Shown: positions 50,398-59,029 of the stretch, piece by piece | How the letters are laid out: each line of letters starts with the position of its first letter | Numbering within the stretch: position 1 is the stretch's first letter | Made by a program: the position numbers and the translations under genes | NCBI GenBank assembly: GCA_947623925.1 | Contig: CANQID010000001.1 | Location: forward strand, 4,047 to 68,046 | Length of the DNA: 64,000 bases | Origin: an uncultured Bacilli bacterium | GTDB lineage: Bacteria; Bacillota_I; Bacilli_A; RF39; UBA660 | Reading direction: 5' to 3' | The notes under the pieces: model-generated | The model's database searches: none | The model's input: the letters and a program-made list of their open reading frames with translations, nothing else | What the model was told of the DNA's origin: nothing

Positions 50398-51492
50398 ATG
50401 AATAATCAACAATTTATTTATAGTTATGATGAAATATCTAATATAATTGATTTAGAACAAAATAATAATATCTTTATTGTATGTGATAAATTTTTAATGG
50501 ATTCATTTATTATAAATTATTTAAAAAAAATAAGTAGAAATATTTTTATATTTACTGAATTTAATCCAAATCCAAAATATGAAGATGTATTATTAGGAAT
50601 TGATTTATTCAAAAAAAATAATTGTAACTTTATAATATCTATAGGTGGTGGTAGTGCTATAGATGTTGCGAAATGTATAAAGGCTTTTGTTACATTAAAT
50701 GATAAAAAAAATTATTTGGAACAGGAAATTATTAAAAATGATATAAATCATTTAGCAATTCCTACAACTGCTGGGACAGGCAGTGAATCTACTCATTTTG
50801 CTGTAATTTATTATGAAGAAAATAAATATTCAGTAGATGATAGTACCTTACTTCCAACTTATGTATTATTGGAATCTAAATTTTTAGAAAGTTTACCAAT
50901 ATATCAAAAAAAATCAACGATGTTAGATGCACTTTGTCAAGGAATAGAATCACTTTGGAGCGTCAATTCAACAGAAGAAAGTAAGGAATATGCTATTAAG
51001 GCTATTCAATTAATTTTAAATAATTATAGAGATTATATTAATGAAAATAAAAGTGTTTATAATGATATTATGTTAGCAGCGAATTACAGTGGGAGAGCTA
51101 TAAATATAAGTAAAACAACTGCACCTCATGCAATGAGTTATAAAATAACATCTTTATATGGAATTAGTCATGGACATGCTGTTGCATTATGTTTACCATA
51201 TGTATGGGAATATATGATTAATAATATAGATAAGATAATTGATAAAAGGGGAGTAAAATATTTAAAAGATATTTTTAATAGACTAGATATATTATTTAAT
51301 TGTGATTCACATATTGAATCAATAAATAAATTTAAGAATATTTGTAGTGAAATAAATTTAAATATTAAAGGTATAGTAAAAAGGAAAGATTTACAACTTT
51401 TGGTTTCTTCAGTGAATATACAAAGATTAAGCAATAATCCAGTTAGTTTAAATAAAGAAGAAATAAAAAAAATATATGAAAAACTTGCTTAG
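50398..51492 (+). CDS. iron-containing (group III) alcohol dehydrogenase, candidate phosphonoacetaldehyde reductase
   Basis: Fe-ADH motifs IISIGGGSAIDVAKCI and IPTTAGTGSEST. It is the last gene of the ppm-ppd operon. Confidence 0.7.
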   Translation: MNNQQFIYSYDEISNIIDLEQNNNIFIVCDKFLMDSFIINYLKKISRNIFIFTEFNPNPKYEDVLLGIDLFKKNNCNFIISIGGGSAIDVAKCIKAFVTLNDKKNYLEQEIIKNDINHLAIPTTAGTGSESTHFAVIYYEENKYSVDDSTLLPTYVLLESKFLESLPIYQKKSTMLDALCQGIESLWSVNSTEESKEYAIKAIQLILNNYRDYINENKSVYNDIMLAANYSGRAINISKTTAPHAMSYKITSLYGISHGHAVALCLPYVWEYMINNIDKIIDKRGVKYLKDIFNRLDILFNCDSHIESINKFKNICSEINLNIKGIVKRKDLQLLVSSVNIQRLSNNPVSLNKEEIKKIYEKLA

Positions 51493-51634
51493 TTTATATG
51501 TACTACTTTACACTCTTATTTTATTGCAACTTTATTTTAATGTGTATATATGGTATACTTTATAGTAAGATATAAAATTTTTATAATATAAATTAATGTT
51601 ATAGTATTAATTAAGACTAGTTTAGAGGTGTTTC

Positions 51635-52660
51635 ATGAAAAAGATAATAGTACCTGTAAGTTATATGGGATCTGGTTCTTCAGCAGTAACCGATTTAATA
51701 AGTGAATTTAAAGATGTAAACAATGAATATGGATATTTTGAATATGTTTTTTTACATTGTCCTGGTGGTGTTTTTGATTTAGAGGATAAATTATTAAATG
51801 GCAATAATATTTTAAGAAGTGACGAAGCAATTAAAAATTTTTTAAATACAATGAAACAACTTTATGATAAAAAATATTGGTGGGTTGGTAATTACAAATA
51901 TAAGATAAATGAAAAATTTTATAGTAGAACAGAACAATATATTAAAGAATTAACAGATTTTTCTTTAAACAGTTATTGGTATTATCAAGAAAATACTAAT
52001 TTAAAAATGTATTTTAAACTTATAGTAAATAAAATAGTTAAATTTATAACATTTGGCAAGGTTAAATTAAAAAGACCTTTGTTATATAATACAATGAATC
52101 TTGCATACCCTTCAAAAGAAAAATTTTATGCTATTACAAAAAAATATATATATGATATTTTAGAAATGTTTGATGATTCTGACAATGATATTTTATTTGA
52201 TCAATTATTGTTACCTTATAATCTTTTTAGAATAGATAATTATTTTAATGACGATTTAAAGGTTATAGTTGTTGAAAGAGATCCACGTGATGTTTTTTTA
52301 CAAAATAAATATATTTATTCTAAAACAAATAATATTGTACCTTTTTCATGTGATGTAGATGAATTTTGTAAGCAATATAGAATGATACGTGAGATGGAAG
52401 TAATAAGTAATAGTTCTAAGATTCTTAGAATTAGATTTGAAGATTTGGTATATAAATATGATAAAACAAAACAAATTATAATGAAATTTTTAGGATATAA
52501 TGAAAAAGATCATATTAATCCAAAGGGGAAATTTGATCCTAGTAAATCAATAAAAAATACCCAATTATTTAAAAAAGAAGAATATGTTAAGGAAGGAAAA
52601 ATTATTGAAAAAAATTTAAAAGAATATTTATATGATTTTGAAGATGAAGAGAGGAATTAA
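51635..52660 (+). CDS. sulfotransferase-family protein (putative polysaccharide sulfotransferase)
   Basis: N-terminal PAPS 5'-phosphosulfate-binding-like loop (VSYMGSGSSAVTDLI) and a 3'-phosphate-binding-like VVERDPRDVFLQ (the RDPRD motif of the Sulfotransfer_3/Stf0 family). Confidence 0.45.
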   Translation: MKKIIVPVSYMGSGSSAVTDLISEFKDVNNEYGYFEYVFLHCPGGVFDLEDKLLNGNNILRSDEAIKNFLNTMKQLYDKKYWWVGNYKYKINEKFYSRTEQYIKELTDFSLNSYWYYQENTNLKMYFKLIVNKIVKFITFGKVKLKRPLLYNTMNLAYPSKEKFYAITKKYIYDILEMFDDSDNDILFDQLLLPYNLFRIDNYFNDDLKVIVVERDPRDVFLQNKYIYSKTNNIVPFSCDVDEFCKQYRMIREMEVISNSSKILRIRFEDLVYKYDKTKQIIMKFLGYNEKDHINPKGKFDPSKSIKNTQLFKKEEYVKEGKIIEKNLKEYLYDFEDEERN

Positions 52661-52661
52661 A

Positions 52662-54299
52662 GTGAAAAATTTATTAGATAAGTTTTCAAATAAAATAGAA
52701 CTGCAAATATTAATTTTTTTAGTTATACAGCCATTTGTTGATATCTATAGGAGTTTACTAGGAAATAAATTAGAAATATTCAACATTTCTTTAGTTGAAA
52801 TTTTTAATTTTGTTTGCATATTTTATTTATTAATTATAAGTTTACATAAGTATAAAAATGAAATTGTAAAATATATAAAATCAAATAAGATAAAAGTAAC
52901 TGTTATTAGTTTAATTTATACCCTTTTCTTCATATTCCATTGTATAAATGTATTAAATTTTAATACAAATATATTAACTGGCTCATCTAATAATATTTTT
53001 GTTGAAATATATTATATTTTAAGAACATATATATTATGTTTATTGTTATTAATGATAGTTTTATTTAATAAATTAGGTAGTTATAAAATAATAAAAACAT
53101 TATCATTTATTTCATTTTTAATAAGTGCATTACTAGTTTTATCTAATATTTTTTGTATCGGTTTTCCTTCGTATAACTATTATGGAAGTGGAAATTATGT
53201 TATTCAAGGGAATATATTTTCTTGGTTTAGCAATTTAAACGCAATAAACGCAGATTCATATACTACAAAATCATTTTTTTATTCAACAAATCAATTATCT
53301 ATAATGCTATTTTGTTTATTGATAATATCAATATTAAATATAAAACTTTCAAAAAGAAAAATTTTATATTTTAGCCTAATTATTAAAATAATTGCAATGT
53401 TAATGTTATCAACTAAAGTTTGTGGCTTAGGTGTTTTTTTAATACTAGGTATATCTATATTAATAGAAATATTGTTACCAATTATTAAAAAAGAAAAGAT
53501 AAATTTTAAACTTATTTCTTATTTTGTATTACTAATTATGGTATATTTTCCATTATTTATTAATTCGCCTGTATATTATAAAACACAAAAGTATATTGCA
53601 AATGAGTCACAATCTGAAACTATTATTGATTCTAACGAAAATTATGATGAAATCATTGATGATGAAATCATTGATGAAAATACAAATAGTAAAAAATATG
53701 ATATATTTACTTTAGCCAATAAGGAAAAATTAACCAAAATGGAAGAAAAAATATTTGTCAGGGAATTGATAAAATACAGATCTAATTTGGGTATTCATGT
53801 TGAATATATCAATTTATATCCTGTTCAAGATAATATTGATTTTTGGAAATATGTAGTAACCTTACCACAAAATGAAAGAATTAATTTTAGAAAATTTAAA
53901 ACTATTATATATCAAGATGTTCTTAATAAAAATGATAATAAAATTTCTGATATTATTTTTGGAATAGGCTATATTTCTAATTTTCCTTATCTCGAAATGG
54001 ATTATATTGGACAAGTAGTATATTTTGGAATTTATGGTCTTATGGTTTTAATTGCTCCTTTCATATTTTGCACAATTTATTATTTAATATATTTAATAAA
54101 ATCTTATGTTGTCAATGGATTTAGAAAAACTTTAAATTATAAACAAATTTACATATTGTTTTTAATTGGTAGTTATTTTCTACTATCATTAATAACAGGA
54201 CATGGTTTTGGAAATATATTTCCAATGTGTGTACTTATTTTTAGTTTGAAAATTTTTAAAGACATGATAGGAGAAAAATATGAAGAAAAGTGTAACTAG
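52662..54299 (+). CDS. polytopic membrane protein, Wzy/O-antigen-ligase-like polymerase candidate (GTG start)
   Basis: ~12 TM helices with a large acidic extracytoplasmic loop. RBS GAGAGG is 8 nt before GTG 52662. The ORF-track start 52632 overlaps the upstream gene by 29 nt. Confidence 0.5.
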   Translation: MKNLLDKFSNKIELQILIFLVIQPFVDIYRSLLGNKLEIFNISLVEIFNFVCIFYLLIISLHKYKNEIVKYIKSNKIKVTVISLIYTLFFIFHCINVLNFNTNILTGSSNNIFVEIYYILRTYILCLLLLMIVLFNKLGSYKIIKTLSFISFLISALLVLSNIFCIGFPSYNYYGSGNYVIQGNIFSWFSNLNAINADSYTTKSFFYSTNQLSIMLFCLLIISILNIKLSKRKILYFSLIIKIIAMLMLSTKVCGLGVFLILGISILIEILLPIIKKEKINFKLISYFVLLIMVYFPLFINSPVYYKTQKYIANESQSETIIDSNENYDEIIDDEIIDENTNSKKYDIFTLANKEKLTKMEEKIFVRELIKYRSNLGIHVEYINLYPVQDNIDFWKYVVTLPQNERINFRKFKTIIYQDVLNKNDNKISDIIFGIGYISNFPYLEMDYIGQVVYFGIYGLMVLIAPFIFCTIYYLIYLIKSYVVNGFRKTLNYKQIYILFLIGSYFLLSLITGHGFGNIFPMCVLIFSLKIFKDMIGEKYEEKCN

Positions 54300-55743
54300 T
54301 AATGTTGTATATAATATGTTATTTCAATTTTTTGTAACATTTTTGCCTGTAATAACAACTCCTTATCTATCTAGGACTTTAGGTGTAACTCAAAGTGGTG
54401 TATATTCTTTTGTTGAATCTATAGTTACACTTTTCACTGTGTTTGGAGCAATAGGCACATCATTATATGGATGTAGGAAAATTGCTTATGTTAGAGATGA
54501 TAAAAAACAATTATCTCAAGTTGCATATGAAATATTGACACTTAAATTTTTATTATTGATTCCAATTTGCATAATTTATCTTTTACTTTTTTGTATAAAT
54601 GGTGAATATAGTGTATATTTTATAATAAATATTTTAACCATTATTGGTTCAGCAATAGAAATTGGTTGGTTTTTTAATGGTGTTGAAAATTTCAAATTAG
54701 TTACAATAAGAAATTTTGTAATTAAAATAATATTTGTAATTTGTTTATTTATTTTTATAAAAACACCAGATGATTTATGGAAATATATAGTACTTGTTTG
54801 TGTTAGTAATTTTCTTGGGAATATTTCAATGTGGTTATGTTTACCAAAGTATTTATTACCTATTAAAGAAATTCATAATATTAAACCATTTAAGCATTTA
54901 AAAGAATCATTTACATTATTTATACCACAATCTGCAAATTATGTTTATTCGTTATCTGATAAGACTATGTTAGGAGTATTAACTCCAACTTTAGATAGTG
55001 TCGGCATATATGATTATTCATATAGAATTGTAAAAATGATAATTAGTATATTACAATCAATGGGTTATGTGATTTTATCAAGAATAGCTAATTTGTCAGC
55101 CAATGAGGACAAGAAAGGAATTAAAAAATATATATATAAATCAATTGAGTTTTCTTTATTTTTAGCATTTCCAATGATGTTAGGTTTGGTAGGAATTGCA
55201 GATAGTTTTGTTCCAATATATCTTGGAGAAGAATTTATAGAAGTTTCAAAAGTTATTCTGTTAATAAGCCCACTTGTAGTTATTACATCATTTAATAGTA
55301 TATTAGGAGTACAATTGTTATTAGCTTTAAAAAAAGATAAACAATATACAGTTGCAACTGTAACAGGTGCTGTTGTAAATATATTATCGAATTTTATATT
55401 AATTCCAATTTTAGGAATATATGGAGCATGTATAACTTCATTATTTTCAGAAATTTTAGTTTTAATAATTCAATTTTATTATTCTAGAGAATATGTTTCA
55501 GTTACCAAAATAATGAAAGATAATTTAAAACCATTAATTGCTTCAATAATTATGTTTATTGTATGTAAGGCGTTATCATTTATAAAAATTAACATGGTTT
55601 TCTTGGTTTTAATTCAAATGTTAATTTCTGTTATAGTATATTTTGGATTAATGTTTATGTTTAAAAATAGAATTTTATTTGAAATTTTAAATAAAGTTTT
55701 TGAAATTCTAAAAATTAAGTATCGTTTTAAGGAGGAAGTATAG
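54280..55743 (+). CDS. wzx: Wzx-type polysaccharide flippase (MOP/PST family)
   Basis: 487-aa product with 12-14 TM helices and a polysaccharide-biosynthesis-protein N-terminus (NVVYNMLFQFFVTFLPVITTPYLSRTLGVTQSGVY). Confidence 0.8.
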   Translation: MKKSVTSNVVYNMLFQFFVTFLPVITTPYLSRTLGVTQSGVYSFVESIVTLFTVFGAIGTSLYGCRKIAYVRDDKKQLSQVAYEILTLKFLLLIPICIIYLLLFCINGEYSVYFIINILTIIGSAIEIGWFFNGVENFKLVTIRNFVIKIIFVICLFIFIKTPDDLWKYIVLVCVSNFLGNISMWLCLPKYLLPIKEIHNIKPFKHLKESFTLFIPQSANYVYSLSDKTMLGVLTPTLDSVGIYDYSYRIVKMIISILQSMGYVILSRIANLSANEDKKGIKKYIYKSIEFSLFLAFPMMLGLVGIADSFVPIYLGEEFIEVSKVILLISPLVVITSFNSILGVQLLLALKKDKQYTVATVTGAVVNILSNFILIPILGIYGACITSLFSEILVLIIQFYYSREYVSVTKIMKDNLKPLIASIIMFIVCKALSFIKINMVFLVLIQMLISVIVYFGLMFMFKNRILFEILNKVFEILKIKYRFKEEV

Positions 55744-56876
55744 TGAAAAAAAAGAAAATTTTATTTATCATATGGTCATTTACTTATGGTGGAGGAGCAG
55801 AGAAGGTTTTAGCAAATTTAGTGAATAGAATGGATTTTGATAAATATGAAATTGATGTAATAGAATATTGGCATTCTGATATAAATATAGAAAAAGTAGA
55901 TAAAAGAGTAAATATTTTAAAGCCTATAGTAGATTCTACTAAAGCTTCAAAAATTAAAATGTATATAACAAAAATTTTATTAGAACATTTTCCTTCTATA
56001 TTGAGGAAAAAATTTTTAGGAAATAAAAAATATGATTATGAAATTTCATTTAATTCAATGATTCCTACTTTTTTATTAAAAAAAGATTGCAAAACTATTT
56101 CATGGGTACATGGTGATGTATATAATATTAAAAAAAATAAACATAATTGGAATTTACAAAATAATAGTTTTAAAAATGTTAATAGGATAGTTGCAATTTC
56201 ACAAAATACATATAATTCAATAATAACAGTATTTCCTCATTATAAAGATAAAACATGTGTTATTAACAATTCATTTGATTTTGAAAATATTTATTCATTG
56301 TCACAAGAAAACATTGATATTAAAACAAATAAGTTTACAATGCTGTTTGCTGGTAGATTAGATGATAATAAAAATCCTTTATTTTTGTTAGATGTTGCAA
56401 AAATATTAAAAAATAAAAATTTATCATTTGAATTATGGATTATAGGAAAAGGAATTTTAGAAGATAAAATAAAGGAAAGAATAAAAGAATACGAACTTGA
56501 ATCTTATATTAAAGTTTTAGGGTTTCAAAAAAATCCATATCCTTTTTTTAAAGCAACTGATATAGTTGTTATGTCATCTAAAAGTGAAGGCTTCCCAACA
56601 GTTATAGCCGAAGGTTTAGCACTTGGAAAACCTTTTGTTTCAACAAATGTTGGTGGAACGTATGAATTATCTGATAATGGAAAATGTGGAATAATTGCTG
56701 ATAGTGTTGATGAATATGCTAATGCAGTTATTAAATTTATTCAAGATAAGCAGTTATATGAGAAAATGTCTAATTATGGTAAAAAACATATAAGTAAGTT
56801 TACATATGAAAATCAAATAAAGAAATTAGAAAGTTTATTTGAGGAGATAGAAAATGAAGAAAAAAATAAAGATTAG
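55743..56876 (+). CDS. glycosyltransferase family 4 (GT-B)
   Basis: C-terminal Glycos_transf_1 motif (SSKSEGFPTVIAEGLALGKPFVSTNVGG). Confidence 0.8.
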   Translation: MKKKKILFIIWSFTYGGGAEKVLANLVNRMDFDKYEIDVIEYWHSDINIEKVDKRVNILKPIVDSTKASKIKMYITKILLEHFPSILRKKFLGNKKYDYEISFNSMIPTFLLKKDCKTISWVHGDVYNIKKNKHNWNLQNNSFKNVNRIVAISQNTYNSIITVFPHYKDKTCVINNSFDFENIYSLSQENIDIKTNKFTMLFAGRLDDNKNPLFLLDVAKILKNKNLSFELWIIGKGILEDKIKERIKEYELESYIKVLGFQKNPYPFFKATDIVVMSSKSEGFPTVIAEGLALGKPFVSTNVGGTYELSDNGKCGIIADSVDEYANAVIKFIQDKQLYEKMSNYGKKHISKFTYENQIKKLESLFEEIENEEKNKD

Positions 56877-57834
56877 TATTATAGTCCCAGTATATAATGT
56901 TGAAAAATACTTAAATCGTTGTTTAGATTCATTAGTAAATCAAACTTTTAAAGATATTGAAATTATAATTGTAAATGATGGAAGTCCAGATAATAGCCAA
57001 CAAATTATTGATGAATATAAAAATAAGTATCCAAAATTAATAAAAGCATTCGTAAAAGAAAATGGTGGTGTTTCAAGTGCAAAAAATTTTGGATTAAGAC
57101 ATGCTTCTGGAGAGTATGTACTATTTATTGATTCTGATGATTATGTAAATATAAATATGATAGAGAAAATGTATGATGTAGCCTACAAAGAAAATTCTGA
57201 TATGGTTATTTGTAATGTATATGATGTTTTTGAAAAAAACAATAAGATTGTTAGATATTCAAATAATTTCATTGGTAATACAAATATATATGAAAATAAA
57301 AAGATTATTTTTAATAGACCTGCTAATTGGAATAAGTTAATTAAAAAAAGTTTATTTAATTATTTTGAATTTGAATTAGATAAATGGTATGAAGATATGA
57401 GAGTATCTATAAAATTGTATTTATTGTGTAAAAAAATAACTTTTATAGATGAACCATTATATTACTATGTTACTCATGAAAATTCAATTATGAACAATAA
57501 AAATATATCTAAAAACTATCAAATTATTGATGCCTTTGACGACATAATTAACTATTATAAGGAAAATAATTTATATGATGAATTTAAAGAAGAAATAAAT
57601 TTTTTAGCAATCGATCATATTTTCATCTCAGCTTCAGTGAGAATCATTATAAATAGTGATAAAAGACAATTAGAAAAAAATTTAAAACCCCTTATAGATT
57701 ATTTTTATAAGACATTTAATTTAAAGAGTGACTATTATTATTTATTGAGTAAAAATAAAAAAATAATATATCAGTTGCTTAAGTATAGAAAGTATAATTT
57801 AATAAAATTTATTTTTAAAGTAAAGGGTGCATGA
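56854..57834 (+). CDS. glycosyltransferase family 2
   Basis: ISIIVPVYNVEKYLNRCLDSLVNQTFKDIEIIIVNDGSPDNS and the DxD motif (FIDSDD). Confidence 0.85.
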   Translation: MKKKIKISIIVPVYNVEKYLNRCLDSLVNQTFKDIEIIIVNDGSPDNSQQIIDEYKNKYPKLIKAFVKENGGVSSAKNFGLRHASGEYVLFIDSDDYVNINMIEKMYDVAYKENSDMVICNVYDVFEKNNKIVRYSNNFIGNTNIYENKKIIFNRPANWNKLIKKSLFNYFEFELDKWYEDMRVSIKLYLLCKKITFIDEPLYYYVTHENSIMNNKNISKNYQIIDAFDDIINYYKENNLYDEFKEEINFLAIDHIFISASVRIIINSDKRQLEKNLKPLIDYFYKTFNLKSDYYYLLSKNKKIIYQLLKYRKYNLIKFIFKVKGA

Positions 57835-57837
57835 AAA

Positions 57838-58956
57838 ATGAAAAAATTAACATTTTTATTACTTCATTTAGGATATGGTGGAATAGAAACAGCAACTATA
57901 AATACTGTAAATGCTTTATCTAATGAGTATGATGTTGAAATAGTTTCTTTTTATAATTTGAAAAATAACCAAGAAAATCGAATTAATAAAAAAGTAAAGA
58001 TTAAGTATTTATACAATGGAGAGCCTAATAAAAAAGAATTTTTACTGGCATTAAAGAACAAAAAAATTTTTTCAATTTTAAAAGAAGGCATAAAATCAAT
58101 TAATATTTTGAAAAATAAAAAACTTTTTTTAAAAAAAGAAATTAAAAATAGTTCTGCTGATGTTATCATTTCTACTCGCTATGAGTTTAGTACGATTTTA
58201 AGTAAATATGGAAAAAGTGAAACTCTTAAAATAGCACAAGAACATCATCATCATAATAATGATAAAAAATATATAAAAATTTTATCAACAAAGTATTATA
58301 ATATTGATTATTTATTTGCTTTGACTGAAGGGTTAAAAAAGGATTATGAGAAATTTTTATTAAAAAATAAGCATACAAAGATTGTTGTTGTTCCAAATAT
58401 GCTAGTTGATTTGCCAGTTAAAAAATCTAATTTAATAAGTAATAATCTAATAACTATTAGTAGATTAGATTATGGCAAAAGAAATAATGAATTAATAAAT
58501 ATAGTTTCAAACTTAAAAATAGATTTTAAATTATATATAATTGGTGATGGTGAAGAATATGCTAATTTACAAAATCAAATTAATGAACTTAATTTATCTG
58601 ATAAAGTTATTTTAACAGGTTATAAAAACAAAGCTGAAATTGAAAAATATATGTTGAAATCAAGTATATTTTTAATGGCATCAGTTAGTGAAGGATTACC
58701 AATGGTTTTGCTTGAGGCTATGAGTTATGGACTTCCATGTATTGCATATGAGACGGATAGTGGTGTATGTGATATTATTGAAAATGAAAAAAACGGATAT
58801 GTAATTAAAAATAGAGATGAAAAAAATTACATTAAATTATTAGAGAATTTAATGTGTAGTAATGATTTAAAAAAAACATTTTCTAAAGAAGCAGTAAAAA
58901 AATCAGAACAATTTTATAAAGATAAAATAATAAAAATTTGGAAAAAAATAATTTAA
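57838..58956 (+). CDS. glycosyltransferase family 4 (GT-B)
   Basis: ASVSEGLPMVLLEAMSYGLPCIAYE and NGYVI. Confidence 0.8.
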   Translation: MKKLTFLLLHLGYGGIETATINTVNALSNEYDVEIVSFYNLKNNQENRINKKVKIKYLYNGEPNKKEFLLALKNKKIFSILKEGIKSINILKNKKLFLKKEIKNSSADVIISTRYEFSTILSKYGKSETLKIAQEHHHHNNDKKYIKILSTKYYNIDYLFALTEGLKKDYEKFLLKNKHTKIVVVPNMLVDLPVKKSNLISNNLITISRLDYGKRNNELINIVSNLKIDFKLYIIGDGEEYANLQNQINELNLSDKVILTGYKNKAEIEKYMLKSSIFLMASVSEGLPMVLLEAMSYGLPCIAYETDSGVCDIIENEKNGYVIKNRDEKNYIKLLENLMCSNDLKKTFSKEAVKKSEQFYKDKIIKIWKKII

Positions 58957-58963
58957 GAATTTA

Positions 58964-59005
58964 TTAAATTAGTGCTATTATATATTAAATTAGTGCTATT
59001 ATATA
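58964..59005 (+). repeat. perfect 21-nt tandem duplication (TTAAATTAGTGCTATTATATA x2) in the intergenic region
   Basis: 58964-58984 equals 58985-59005, just upstream of the RBS of the 59030 gene. Confidence 0.7.
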
Positions 59006-59029
59006 AATAATACAAGGAGTGATACATGT

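Noticed and set aside
53641-53673. 15-nt tandem repeat GATGAAATCATTGAT x2 inside the Wzy-like gene (encodes DEIIDDEIIDE)
   Set aside because: Short in-frame duplication within a low-complexity acidic loop. It is probably slippage with no separate function.
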